Source: an uncultured bacterium (GTDB lineage: Bacteria > Patescibacteriota > Patescibacteriia > SG8-24 > DYFX01). From it: 64,000 bases of DNA. The position numbers and the translations under genes were made by a program. Of this stretch, positions 1 to 9,276 are shown one piece after another (positions within the stretch are counted from its first letter, which is position 1; every line of letters begins with the position of its first letter). The notes under the pieces are model-generated. The model ran no database searches. It was not told where the DNA came from and saw only the letters and a list, made by a program, of their open reading frames with translations. The stretch lies in assembly GCA_937900255.1 (NCBI GenBank), contig CALCDZ010000004.1, positions 100,413-164,412 on the forward strand. The letters run 5' to 3'.

Positions 1-1086
1 ATCTTTTTCGAGGTGCTCATGCTCGCGGCCTACGTCATCGTCACCAATTTCTTCCTCGATGAACAGTCCTTCCTGAGGGCCATCAATACCGATCATCCGT
101 ACCTGATTTCCGTCGTGCTGGTCTCGGCGCTGGTGTTGGCCGGCTACCTGACCTACATGGTCATCACCCGTATCTTCAATCCCGTACGGATGCTCACGGT
201 GGGGACGGAGGAGATCATGCGCGGCAACCTTGACGTGCATCTGGATGTCCGGACCGGCGACGAGCTCCAAGTGCTTGCCGAGCGTTTCGCGGCGATGGCC
301 GCCGCGCTCAAGGCTGAGCGTGCCTCGTTGGAAAACAAGGTCAAGGAACGTACCCGCGCGCTTGAGGAGGCGCAGAAGAAGGAGCTGGAGCGTCAAGGCG
401 AGGTCCTTAAGCTGAAGGATGAGTTCCTGTTCGTCGCGGCACATGAGTTGCGCACGCCGGTCACGTCGATCCGCTGGAGCCTGGAATCGGTCGCAGACCG
501 CAAGATGACGGCTGACGTCCATCAGGCCTTCGAGGATGCCTTGAACGCCGGAGAGAATCTCGCGACGCTGGTCGAAGATCTCCTGAACATGGCCAGGCTC
601 GATGCCAAGCGCATCCCGTTCAAGAAGGAGTTCGTCAACATGAAGGACGTCGCGCAGGGCGTCGTCGCCGAAATGGCGCCGATCGCCGCCAAGAAGAAGG
701 TCGAAATCAGGCTCGATGCCCCCGAAGGCCTGCCGGGCATGGCGCTCGCCGACGAACGCCGCGTCAGGGAAGTGCTCGTCAACCTGGTCTCCAATGCCGT
801 CAAGTACAACAAGAAGGGCGGTCACGTGACGATCCTGATCGGCCAGGATGATCCTTTCCTTCAGTATCAGGTGACCGACGACGGGCCCGGCATTCCGGCG
901 CAGGAGCAGCATCACCTGTTCGAGAAGTTCTGGCGCGCCAAGAACACCTCGGGCATCGAAGGCAGCGGCCTGGGGCTGTTCATCACCAAGCGCCTGGTCG
1001 ACGGCATGAACGGCTTGATTTCCTTCGAGAGCGTCGAAGGCGAGCGCACGACCTTCACGGTCAAGCTGCCGGCCGCGAAATCATGA
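1..1086 (+). CDS. Sensor histidine kinase (two N-terminal TM helices, HAMP-like linker, HisKA and HATPase_c). The reading frame is open to the window start, so the gene is probably 5'-truncated.
   Basis: H-box HELRTPVTSIRW. ATPase N/G boxes NLVSNAVKY, DDGPGIP, GSGLGLFI. Two hydrophobic helices in the first 50 aa. Confidence 0.8.
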   Translation: MFFEVLMLAAYVIVTNFFLDEQSFLRAINTDHPYLISVVLVSALVLAGYLTYMVITRIFNPVRMLTVGTEEIMRGNLDVHLDVRTGDELQVLAERFAAMAAALKAERASLENKVKERTRALEEAQKKELERQGEVLKLKDEFLFVAAHELRTPVTSIRWSLESVADRKMTADVHQAFEDALNAGENLATLVEDLLNMARLDAKRIPFKKEFVNMKDVAQGVVAEMAPIAAKKKVEIRLDAPEGLPGMALADERRVREVLVNLVSNAVKYNKKGGHVTILIGQDDPFLQYQVTDDGPGIPAQEQHHLFEKFWRAKNTSGIEGSGLGLFITKRLVDGMNGLISFESVEGERTTFTVKLPAAKS

Positions 1087-1099
1087 AAAAACCGTCCCG

Positions 1100-1561
1100 C
1101 TAGGCGGACGGCTCGTCGGGCGTTCGTTTGGCGTGCTTGTCGAGATGCCTTCTCTTCGACATGTTCGTGAGGCCGAGTCCGGCCACGAGGAAGCACGTCA
1201 TTTCGGTCATGCCATCCGGAATGCGATACCCGGATTCTCCCCAGGCGTGTTCTCCGAGCCCCATCGCCACGAAGCTCCAGAACCAGAGGAAGACGAGCAG
1301 GTGCCCGGCCTTGGGCTTGGTCGTGGGCGGTTTCGGCACGCGCTGCCAGCGCTGGATCTCCTTCGGCAGGGTGTACAGGACACCGACGAAGACCATATGC
1401 GCGGTGACGAACGCGTACGGCGGCGCGTGGCCATGGTGCGCGAACGCCGACCACATCAGGTACAGGTGGAAGAGCGAGTACCCGACGCTCGTCAGATAGA
1501 GGCTGCGGTCGCCAGGTTCGCTGTATCGTACGAATCTCCGGAAAAGATCCTCCGTCGCCAT
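1100..1561 (-). CDS. Small integral membrane protein (153 aa, about 4 TM helices), function unknown
   Basis: C-terminal 153 codons of the long antisense ORF 1100..2992 have a clear hydrophobic-helix pattern (VFVGVLYTLP, LLVFLWFWSFVAMGLG). The upstream extension is compositionally non-protein-like. Confidence 0.45.
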   Translation of the reverse strand: MATEDLFRRFVRYSEPGDRSLYLTSVGYSLFHLYLMWSAFAHHGHAPPYAFVTAHMVFVGVLYTLPKEIQRWQRVPKPPTTKPKAGHLLVFLWFWSFVAMGLGEHAWGESGYRIPDGMTEMTCFLVAGLGLTNMSKRRHLDKHAKRTPDEPSA

Positions 1562-1645
1562 GCGGTCCTCCGTCGGTATGGGGTGTGCTTCCAACCTAGC
1601 GGCTCCGTGTGCTAGAGTCAAGGGGTCGAAAATAAACCTTCCGAT

Positions 1646-1909
1646 ATGGCTTTGCTCGAATTCTACGGGACCGAGTGCCCGCATTGCGTCCGGATGATGC
1701 CGCTGGTCGAACGGCTCGAGAAGGAGCTCGGCGTCACCGTCCAGAAGATGGAGACCTGGCATGACGAGGCTAACGAGAAGGCGCGCGCGGCGCATGACGC
1801 CGGGAACGCCTGCGGCGGCGTGCCTTTCTTCGTCAACGAGGAGACCGGCGCCCGGATCTGCGGCGCGACCGACTACGAATCCCTCAAGGCCTGGGCGACG
1901 GGCAAGTGA
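1646..1909 (+). CDS. Thioredoxin/glutaredoxin-like small redox protein (CPHC active site)
   Basis: 87-aa ORF with an N-terminal CPHC motif in a thioredoxin-fold context (YGTECPHCVRMMP). Confidence 0.7.
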   Translation: MALLEFYGTECPHCVRMMPLVERLEKELGVTVQKMETWHDEANEKARAAHDAGNACGGVPFFVNEETGARICGATDYESLKAWATGK

Positions 1910-1921
1910 GGATACGTGAAG

Positions 1922-1949
1922 GGCCAGCCTCCGGGCTGGTCTTTCGTTT
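1922..1949 (+). terminator. Intrinsic terminator hairpin GGCCAGCC-TCCG-GGCTGGTC followed by TTTCGTTT
   Basis: Perfect 8-bp GC stem plus T-rich tract directly after the thioredoxin-like gene. Confidence 0.45.
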
Positions 1950-2017
1950 GAAGTCCCGTTGACGCGCGCGCCGCACCCTGCTAGTTTGAGCCTGTCTTTC
2001 GGAAAGGAAGGTCCTTC

Positions 2018-2980
2018 ATGGATGGTCATCCGATGATCAGATATTCGGCCGGGAGAAGGTTCGGCGGGACACGGTTCATCGAGCGACGGTGCCGTGAGTG
2101 GCATCACTTCGATGCCGAAGGCAAGAGGCTCGGCGGTCCGTATGTCGAGGTATGGCTTTACCGAGGACTGCCTATCGCCTTGGTCGTGGATCGTTTCGAT
2201 ACGGATCGGATCATCGACGTGCGCGGCCGCGCGATCGGAGAGACGCTCCTTCGAGGTAATCGGAAACACCACAAGGATGGCCCGGGCAAGATCGTTTGGG
2301 TCGGGTATCGGGACAAGGATGTCGATCTTGCGTGTGCCGTCATTCCCGACGGCCGCATCATCGGCCCGTTCGAAGAGATCAGGCCCGAACCGCATGAAGA
2401 TGTGCGTTGGGTACGGAAGCGAAGAGGCAAGCGGGATGGATGGAGATTGTTGCGGGCGGACGGGCGGCTTATCGGCCCGCTCGGCATCACGCGCGCCAGC
2501 GACTTCTTCGACGGATTCTCCTTGGTCCGTATCGGCGGAGCGGACGTGTTCCTGACGGCGCAAGGCCGCCGCGCCTGGTCCGGAGCCAGAAGTTATTCGG
2601 AGGCATTTGATTTCTTCCAAGGACGGGCTTGGGTGCGCGGGCCGGAAGGTCTCTTCCTGATCGGTACGGACGGCAAGCCGATCTCTGGTGGAGTCTATGA
2701 TGATATCCTGGACAACGATGAGAATCCCTACGCGATTGCAAGGAAGAGCGGCTGCTGGCACATCGTCCGTCGCCAGGATGGCGTCGTCGTCTCTCCGGAC
2801 GAACGGTTCGATGGGATCAGGAGGCTTGGACGCCATCTGACCGACACGCTTTTCGAACTCTGCAGCGCAGCGGGCCGTGAGACGTATGACGTCGCCACAG
2901 GTTTCCGCAGACCCATCGATCTTGAGCGAGAGCGTGCCATGTCCATGGCCATCATGGACGGTGGAGAGTATGACGACTGA
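2018..2980 (+). CDS. WG-repeat-containing protein
   Basis: Several about 40-aa repeats with the conserved pattern D-G-[KR]-x-I-G-P-[FL]..[FY]D (WVGYRDKDVDLACAVIPDGRIIGPFEEI; WRLLRADGRLIGPLGITRASDFFDGF; FLIGTDGKPISGGVYDD) typical of WG repeats. Confidence 0.6.
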   Translation: MDGHPMIRYSAGRRFGGTRFIERRCREWHHFDAEGKRLGGPYVEVWLYRGLPIALVVDRFDTDRIIDVRGRAIGETLLRGNRKHHKDGPGKIVWVGYRDKDVDLACAVIPDGRIIGPFEEIRPEPHEDVRWVRKRRGKRDGWRLLRADGRLIGPLGITRASDFFDGFSLVRIGGADVFLTAQGRRAWSGARSYSEAFDFFQGRAWVRGPEGLFLIGTDGKPISGGVYDDILDNDENPYAIARKSGCWHIVRRQDGVVVSPDERFDGIRRLGRHLTDTLFELCSAAGRETYDVATGFRRPIDLERERAMSMAIMDGGEYDD

Positions 2981-3024
2981 CCGATCGTACATCGATCGGT
3001 CTTTTCCTTCCGAAAAGATGATGG

Positions 3025-3732
3025 CTATCGAGAATCTGCAGCCAGACGGACGAAACGTGCCAGGAGTGCCGTCGCGTCGGGGGAGGGCTTGAGCGAAGCG
3101 CGGATGGTTTCGATCGGATGGTCCGCGTCCGGTGCGGGGCGTTGTCCGAGCAGCCGTTCAAAGGTGGCGGCGGTCCGTTCCGGATGGAACTGGACGCCCC
3201 AGATGCGTTCGCCTGGGAAGCTGAAAGCTTGGAGAACGGCGCCACTTCGACTGTGTGCCAGCGGCAATGCGTCCGTGGGCAGGACGGCGATGCGATCATG
3301 GTGCCAAGACTGGGCGGTAAAATCGGCCGGCATGTCGGAGAACATCGGGTCTTGCGAAGCGGCCGGTTCGCATGTGACCTCGATGGATCCGTATTCCGCG
3401 TTGGCGTCATCCCGGACGACGACACCTCCGAACAGGTGCGCCAGCGTCTGCGCTCCGAAACAGATGCCGAGGATGGGAACATGCTTTTCTCGCGCCGCCC
3501 GCAAGACCTCCAGGAACTCTTGATAATAAGGGATGTCGTCAAAAGCCGACCAACCGGCGCCACCGATGATCAACCCGTCGATGCCATAGAGGATTTCGGG
3601 CGTGACGGCGGCTTCGAACGGACGTATCGTCTTGAGTGACGCGTCCGGCAGTCCGGCTCCGGCCAGGATCGAATCGATTTCGACCTGCCGGTCCGGGGCG
3701 TCTTTGAGGCATTGGAAATGCAGGAAGGTCAT
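3025..3732 (-). CDS. Class I glutamine amidotransferase (GATase1-like)
   Basis: GICFGAQ nucleophile elbow (Cys) and a QFHPE His/Glu motif. 235 aa. Confidence 0.8.
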   Translation of the reverse strand: MTFLHFQCLKDAPDRQVEIDSILAGAGLPDASLKTIRPFEAAVTPEILYGIDGLIIGGAGWSAFDDIPYYQEFLEVLRAAREKHVPILGICFGAQTLAHLFGGVVVRDDANAEYGSIEVTCEPAASQDPMFSDMPADFTAQSWHHDRIAVLPTDALPLAHSRSGAVLQAFSFPGERIWGVQFHPERTAATFERLLGQRPAPDADHPIETIRASLKPSPDATALLARFVRLAADSR

Positions 3733-3894
3733 GCCTCCATTCTACCGGCCGGCAGCCGCATGCGGAAGTGCACCCGAAACACCGGTCGGATCGTATGGGA
3801 TAATGGGCGCCGTCTTCATCGAGTTGACAATGGCCCATTTTGAAAATAAGCTTTAAGAGCAATAAGTCGCTATCCATCGAGGAAACAGGAAGAT

Positions 3895-4455
3895 ATGGAA
3901 AAAAAGAAACGTCCGAAGCTCGTCGCAGGACTTTTTGGCGCATCAGTCGTATTGGTCACGCTCGGAGCCGGATGCGCGACGCAGACCGAGACGCCCGTGA
4001 CGAATCCTCCTTCGACAGACACGACGCAGCGGCCGCCCGTCGCGCCGCCGACGCCCACGCCATCCACCGAACCGCCGACCAAGAACCCGTCGCCTTTCGT
4101 GGGGGAGCCTCCGCTCGCGAAGCCGCCGGTTCCCGCTCCCGCTACGGACGGTAAGACTTCATACAAGGACGGTACCTATACGGCGGAAGGTGACTACGGC
4201 ACCCACGTCGGTCCGGAGAGCGTCACCGTCACATTGACCCTCAAGAAGGGCGTCGTCGTCGACAGCCAGTTCCAAGGCACGCCGCGCGTGATGATGTCCG
4301 GTCGGTACATGGACATGTTCGCCGCCAACTACAAGCCGCTCGTCGTCGGCAAGGATATCGCCAGCCTCCAGCTGGACAAGGTGTCCGGAGCGTCGCTTAC
4401 CCCCATGGGTTTCAACGACGCCGTCTCCAAGATCAAGGCGCAGGCCAAAGCCTGA
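3895..4455 (+). CDS. Lipoprotein with a Pro/Thr-rich linker and a C-terminal FMN-binding (FMN_bind) domain
   Basis: Lipobox LGAGC after a Lys-rich N-terminus. PT-rich spacer. Motif DGTYTAEGDYGTHVGPESVTVTLTLKKGVVVD resembles the FMN_bind flavinylation site. Confidence 0.7.
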   Translation: MEKKKRPKLVAGLFGASVVLVTLGAGCATQTETPVTNPPSTDTTQRPPVAPPTPTPSTEPPTKNPSPFVGEPPLAKPPVPAPATDGKTSYKDGTYTAEGDYGTHVGPESVTVTLTLKKGVVVDSQFQGTPRVMMSGRYMDMFAANYKPLVVGKDIASLQLDKVSGASLTPMGFNDAVSKIKAQAKA

Positions 4456-4462
4456 AGCGCGC

Positions 4463-5347
4463 ATGCCCGAGACGATCGCGTTCGAAGCCATCGGTACGCG
4501 ATGGCGGATCGATTTCGATGGGCCTATGACCGACGACGCAAGGCAAGACCTGCGTCGTCGGCTTTTGGATCGCATCAGCACCTTCGATAAAGACTACTCC
4601 CGTTTCCGGCCGGACTCGATGGTTTCGGAGATGGCGCGGCGCTCAGGGGTCTATGACCTGCCTGCCGATGCCGAACCGATGCTCACCCTCTACAAGCACC
4701 TCTATGACATCACGAAGGGGGCGATGACGCCGCTCGTCGGGCAGCTGCTCTCCGATGCCGGATATGACGCCGCCTACTCGCTCAAGCCGGGGCCGCTCCA
4801 TACGCCGCCGGCCTGGGATGAGGTGCTGGCATACGACTTCCCGAAGCTCGTCCTGAAACGGCCTGCCCTGCTCGATTTCGGTGCGGTCGGCAAGGGGTAC
4901 TTGATCGACATCATCGGCGCGATGCTTGAGGATGACGGTATCCGCGCATACGTCATCGATGCCGGCGGCGACATCCGCCACCGCGACCCGACCGGTCGGC
5001 GGCTGCGGGTCGGCCTGGAGGATCCTGGGGATCACGCGAAAGCGGTCGGAGTGGCCGAGATCGGCGAGGCCAGCATCTGCGGTTCGTCGGGGAGCCGTCG
5101 GGCTTGGGACCGTTTCCATCACATCATGGACCCCCGCACCTTGGAGTCGCCGCGGCATTTGGATGCCGTCTGGACGGTCGCGAAGACGACCCTCAAGGCC
5201 GATGCGCTCGCGACGGCGCTGTTCTTCGTCCCGCCGGGGGAACTGCTGCCGTATTATGACTTTGAATACCTGCTGCTTTTCCCGGACCGTACGGTCAAGG
5301 CATCCCGGATGTTCCCGGCCGAACTGTTCGCGCCTGAGAGTCCTTGA
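4463..5347 (+). CDS. apbE: ApbE-family FAD:protein FMN transferase
   Basis: 294 aa. N-terminal FEAIGTRWRI (ApbE MGT-type motif) and conserved DxGGD / GSSG regions. Starts 8 nt after the FMN-binding lipoprotein gene. Confidence 0.8.
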   Translation: MPETIAFEAIGTRWRIDFDGPMTDDARQDLRRRLLDRISTFDKDYSRFRPDSMVSEMARRSGVYDLPADAEPMLTLYKHLYDITKGAMTPLVGQLLSDAGYDAAYSLKPGPLHTPPAWDEVLAYDFPKLVLKRPALLDFGAVGKGYLIDIIGAMLEDDGIRAYVIDAGGDIRHRDPTGRRLRVGLEDPGDHAKAVGVAEIGEASICGSSGSRRAWDRFHHIMDPRTLESPRHLDAVWTVAKTTLKADALATALFFVPPGELLPYYDFEYLLLFPDRTVKASRMFPAELFAPESP

Positions 5348-5375
5348 AAAGGTCCATACGTGTTATCATGGGCAT

Positions 5376-5870
5376 ATGAAGAATCCCGTGCTGCTCTTGG
5401 CGTTCACGCTGCCGTTTTTTCTCGGTGCCGGTTGCGCGAACGGCGCCCATCCGAACGGTCTCGTGAACACATCCGTCCCGCAGGCAGCCACGTCCGATGA
5501 CCGGCGGCTGGATTTGCATGGCATGAGATTGACTTCCGTCCCGAAAGACGTCTTTTCACGCACGGATCTCGTGGCAGTGGACCTCTCCGGCAACCGCTTG
5601 ACTGGCGCTTTGCCCGCCGAAATACGTCGCCTGCAATCGCTGCGATCCCTCGATGCCAGCGATAATGCGATGACGGGCGTGCCCGCGGAAATCGGCCAAT
5701 TGAAAGCGCTTCGGTTCCTCGACCTCTCCCATAACCGGCTGACCGGATTGCCGCATGAATTAAGCCAACTCACCGGCCTTGAGTTCCTGGACTTGACGGG
5801 AAACGGGATCTCTGAAGAGGATTTCCGGATCATCCGCTCATCGCTTCAGAAGACCCGGATACTTCGTTGA
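5376..5870 (+). CDS. Leucine-rich-repeat lipoprotein
   Basis: Signal peptide with lipobox LGAGC. Five LxxLxLSxNxLTGLP LRR units. In-frame ATG inside the longer ORF 4926..5870, whose N-terminal part overlaps apbE in another frame. Confidence 0.7.
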   Translation: MKNPVLLLAFTLPFFLGAGCANGAHPNGLVNTSVPQAATSDDRRLDLHGMRLTSVPKDVFSRTDLVAVDLSGNRLTGALPAEIRRLQSLRSLDASDNAMTGVPAEIGQLKALRFLDLSHNRLTGLPHELSQLTGLEFLDLTGNGISEEDFRIIRSSLQKTRILR

Positions 5871-5900
5871 TCGACGGGCATTGAGGGTCTTTTGACGGTC

Positions 5901-5926
5901 AAAAAAGCCCGCACTGTCGTGCGGGC
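5901..5926 (-). terminator. Intrinsic terminator of the LamG/TSP3 gene (hairpin GCCCGCAC-TGTC-GTGCGGGC plus U-tract on the minus strand)
   Basis: Perfect 8-bp stem. A6 on the plus strand equals a U6 tract after the stem on the minus strand. Sits between convergent genes. Confidence 0.5.
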
Positions 5927-5940
5927 CTGAGTCCTTCTCG

Positions 5941-8199
5941 CTACGGTCCGGTGCAGGCGTCGCCCACGCCGTCGTGATCGGCGTCGGCCTGGTCCGGATT
6001 GAAGACCGTAGGGCAATTGTCCACGTCGCCGCAGACGAGATCGCCATCGGCGTCGTTGAGGGCATCGTGCCGGCAGGCATCGATGCAGTCAGCGACGCCG
6101 TCGCCGTCCGTGTCGGTATCCCGCACGCCGCAGCCGCATTGGCCGGGTGACGTCTTGGCGGGGTCGAGCATGCAGACGTCGTCAGGCGCGCAGACGCCAT
6201 CGAGATCGATGTCGTTCCATGCATCAAGCGGACACGCGTCGCACGCGTCCCCGATGCCGTCGTCATCGGCATCTTCCTGGAGCGGATTGAAGACCGTCGA
6301 GCAATTGTCCGCGTTACCGCAGACGAGATCGCCATCGGCGTCGTTGAGGGCATCGTAGGGGCATGCGTCGCATGCGTCCCCGATGTCGTCGTGGTCGGCG
6401 TCGGCTTGGGTAGGATCGGGAACCGAGGGACAGACGTCGCATGCGTCCCCGACGCCGTCGCCGTCGCCATCAGTCTGGGAAGCGTTCGCGACGGTGCGGC
6501 AGTTGTCGACGCCGTCGCGCACGCCGTCACCGTCCGTATCGGCGGTATAGAGGCGATCCTTCGCAAGACAGATCTGGGTCGGTGTCAGTGCCGCATTGAA
6601 GACTTGGTAGTCCTGCATCTGGCTGGCGGGCCCGGAGGCTAGGATCGCCCCATTCTGATTGGAGACGTCCGTGATCGGACCGACGTGACTGCGCGAGGCG
6701 ACCAACGTGCAGTCCACGTAGAGCTTGAGCGTGCCGTCGGCCTCTCTCACCGCGGCAAGGTGCTTCCATCCTGCTCCCGTAAGCGGGACGGCCGTCGACA
6801 CGTCGTCGAGACCGGATGCTCCCGCCAGGAACTTGATGCTCTCCGGCGTCGTCGCGGTCGGGGCCGTGCGGCTGAGCAGGATGTCGCCGCAGCACCGCGC
6901 GCCATCGGAGGGGCGCGGTACGCTCGGCGAAAGGAACGCGGTCTTGTTCACCCAGTTCCAGCTGCCGGAAGCGGTCGCCCCCACGTTGACCCAGAGGGCC
7001 AGCGTGAACGGTCCCTGCCCGAAGTGGTTTTCCCGACGGTCGGGAATGCCCGGTGGCGAAGTGTTGGTGCTGAAGGAGGGCGTGCCGACCGCCGTGGAAC
7101 CGGCAGCGAAGGCGAATTCGGGCGAGAGGCCCGGACCCCAGACGTTGTTCGAGAAGTCTGAGCCGTTCGGCCCCAGCGGCAGTAGGCTCGTGGGCGTGTC
7201 CCGATCGTGCAGGACGGCCGAATGGTCATCCAGCCGCCAGCGGTTGATGAGGTGGCCGATGCCCGTACGTTCGATCTGGCAGACGGAGTTGCATCCGTCG
7301 CCATCGTTCAGGTTGCCGTCGTCGCACTCCTCGCCGGCACCGACGCCGGTATTCTCGACCACCCCGTTGCCGCAGGTGGTCATGGATGAGAGCCGGCACA
7401 TGCCGAGCGCGCCGGACGCGTAGATGCTGGAGATGGTCTCCGGCGTCAACATGCGGCCGATGTAGATCTCGTCCAGGTCGATGCCCGGAGCGGAACGCCG
7501 GTTGAAGGCGAAGCTGTTGACGCTCGTCTTCGTGGCGTTCGTCTGGTACTCCATGACCGGAACGGTCGTGTCGAGCGCCCCGTCGATGTAGAGCGAGGCC
7601 GGGCCGGCCGGATTGCCGTTCAGCGTGGTCGTCTTCTGATGATTGAGCCCCACTTGGTGCCATTGTCCGTCCGTGATGACAGATGTACTCGTGAGCGAGA
7701 CGGGTGGGTTCGAGTTGACCGAGTAGACGACGTGGCCTGCAGCATCGACATAGAACTCGAAGTGCCGGTTCGGCGCGCTGTTGTCCATGATGGACTGCTC
7801 GCCCGTGCCAGGCCCCCTCTGCACGTAGAGCAGGAAGCCGAAGTCAGACGTGTTGGCGAGCTCGATGACGTTGAACGGGGAAGTCCCGAGCGTCGCGTAG
7901 CCCACGCCATCGAAGCGGCAGGCCTGCACGACCTTGCCGGGCGTGAACTCCCCGTCGAAGACCAGCGGCAGGGAGCCTCGGGACTGGGCGGGCGTGCCGT
8001 TGCACGTCCACCAGGCCTTGTTCCCGTTGGGAACCGGCGTGCAGGCGCCTGCCAGCGCTTGGGAGGAGACGCTGACGGAAGCGCCGGCGTCGGGCGTGGA
8101 CTCTCCGCCCGTCGAGCAGGCGCTCAACGGGAGGATGATGAATGCCAGCGCGATCAGGAATCGCGACAGGCCGTGACTGGATCGCTGCGTATTCTGCAC
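5941..8199 (-). CDS. Secreted multidomain protein: signal peptide, two LamG/concanavalin-like domains, a Cys-rich module, and C-terminal thrombospondin type-3 (Ca-binding DxDxDGxxDxxD) repeats
   Basis: 752 aa. Motifs DGQWHQVG...LYIDG and GWKHLAAV...LYVDC (LamG). At least 8 TSP3-like repeats such as DTDGDGVRDGVDNC and DADHDGVGDAC. Internal about 100-bp tandem duplication at the DNA level. Confidence 0.75.
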   Translation of the reverse strand: MQNTQRSSHGLSRFLIALAFIILPLSACSTGGESTPDAGASVSVSSQALAGACTPVPNGNKAWWTCNGTPAQSRGSLPLVFDGEFTPGKVVQACRFDGVGYATLGTSPFNVIELANTSDFGFLLYVQRGPGTGEQSIMDNSAPNRHFEFYVDAAGHVVYSVNSNPPVSLTSTSVITDGQWHQVGLNHQKTTTLNGNPAGPASLYIDGALDTTVPVMEYQTNATKTSVNSFAFNRRSAPGIDLDEIYIGRMLTPETISSIYASGALGMCRLSSMTTCGNGVVENTGVGAGEECDDGNLNDGDGCNSVCQIERTGIGHLINRWRLDDHSAVLHDRDTPTSLLPLGPNGSDFSNNVWGPGLSPEFAFAAGSTAVGTPSFSTNTSPPGIPDRRENHFGQGPFTLALWVNVGATASGSWNWVNKTAFLSPSVPRPSDGARCCGDILLSRTAPTATTPESIKFLAGASGLDDVSTAVPLTGAGWKHLAAVREADGTLKLYVDCTLVASRSHVGPITDVSNQNGAILASGPASQMQDYQVFNAALTPTQICLAKDRLYTADTDGDGVRDGVDNCRTVANASQTDGDGDGVGDACDVCPSVPDPTQADADHDDIGDACDACPYDALNDADGDLVCGNADNCSTVFNPLQEDADDDGIGDACDACPLDAWNDIDLDGVCAPDDVCMLDPAKTSPGQCGCGVRDTDTDGDGVADCIDACRHDALNDADGDLVCGDVDNCPTVFNPDQADADHDGVGDACTGP

Positions 8200-8400
8200 G
8201 ATGACCTCTCTGTTTCGGTTGCGGTTTCAATGAACGAAGATAAGATCTTGCGTAAGCTCTTTCCGGGCATGCCGTGCCCGCTTTGAACCTCCGTAGCAAG
8301 GGAACAGAAAACCCCTAAGCCTCAGGCTCGAGGGGATGACCGAAAAATATATCATGAACAGCCGAACGTCAAGGCTGCGGCCGTGTGTTGGAATGAAACA

Positions 8401-8434
8401 GCGCCCACCGTTTCCGGTGGGCGCAGGGGAGCTT
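8401..8434 (-). terminator. Intrinsic terminator hairpin GCGCCCACCG-TTTC-CGGTGGGCGC with a U-rich tail on the minus strand
   Basis: 10-bp perfect stem immediately 3' of the EEP-family gene stop. Confidence 0.5.
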
Positions 8435-8435
8435 A

Positions 8436-9215
8436 TCAGCCTCGGATGAGGAACTTCGCGACGAGAGGGATGTGGTCGGACGGCTCGGTCGACGAAGGCA
8501 GCGGCGTGACGTCGGTCACTGCCAGAGCCGGTCGTGGATGCGCGGTCAGGCCTCGAGAGTGCAGCAGGAAGTCGACTTTCTTGGCGCGACCGTCGGGATT
8601 GCAGGTCATGACCGCGGGATCATGTGCATCACTGAAGCCGTACACTCCGAAGAGTTCCAGGACTTCGCTGCCGGGCTCAGCGTTGAAGTCTCCGCAGACG
8701 ACGTAGGGGCTCGGGTGCTTGGCGAACGCTTCAAGGAGTTGCCGAGCTTGCGACAGTCCGGGCCGCTCATCGGGCGGCGCGTCATCCGGTGCCCAGCGCA
8801 GATGCGCGTTCGCGACCGTCAGCCGGTGCCCATCGCGCGAAAGTTCGGCGATGAGCGCCACGTGACCCGAGGGTTTGGGCGCAGGCTTGTCATGGAACAG
8901 GATCTCGCGCCATGCGTGACACTTCCATGGCAAGCGTACGAAGGTCGCGCAGCCATCGGGTTGCCCGCCGGTCTTCCGGACCCAGCGGCCATCGTATCCT
9001 GATCCAAGGCGCGCCTGGATGCGGGCGAACACGGCCTCTTCACATTCCTGGATGCAGAGGACGTCCGCGTCCAAGCCGATCACGCGTCCGATGAGCGTCG
9101 GGAGTCGTCCTTTCGGCGCGAGGACCGACGGAGCGCAGTTCGGGTAGCGGTTGGGTGCGGCATACGCCTTCGCAAGGATGTTGTAGGTGGCGATCGTGAT
9201 TGAAGGAGCGGTCAT
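8436..9215 (-). CDS. Endonuclease/exonuclease/phosphatase (EEP) family protein
   Basis: N-terminal TIATYNIL, internal LCIQE and a C-terminal SDH motif typical of the EEP fold. Confidence 0.75.
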   Translation of the reverse strand: MTAPSITIATYNILAKAYAAPNRYPNCAPSVLAPKGRLPTLIGRVIGLDADVLCIQECEEAVFARIQARLGSGYDGRWVRKTGGQPDGCATFVRLPWKCHAWREILFHDKPAPKPSGHVALIAELSRDGHRLTVANAHLRWAPDDAPPDERPGLSQARQLLEAFAKHPSPYVVCGDFNAEPGSEVLELFGVYGFSDAHDPAVMTCNPDGRAKKVDFLLHSRGLTAHPRPALAVTDVTPLPSSTEPSDHIPLVAKFLIRG

Positions 9216-9276
9216 TCCGGCAGCCTAGTCCAAAAGATGAAGCTTGACAAGGTGGCCAGGCCCCGCGGTCGATTAC

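Noticed and set aside
1562-2992. Upstream 5' part of the 630-aa minus-strand ORF 1100..2992
   Set aside because: Arg/Ala/Pro-rich low-complexity translation antisense to the clearly real WG-repeat gene (2018..2980 +) and thioredoxin-like gene. Only the C-terminal 153 codons (membrane protein) look coding.
4926-5375. N-terminal 150 codons of ORF 4926..5870
   Set aside because: Overlaps apbE in a different frame with Arg/Ser-rich composition. The LRR lipoprotein begins at the internal ATG 5376, preceded by its own signal peptide.
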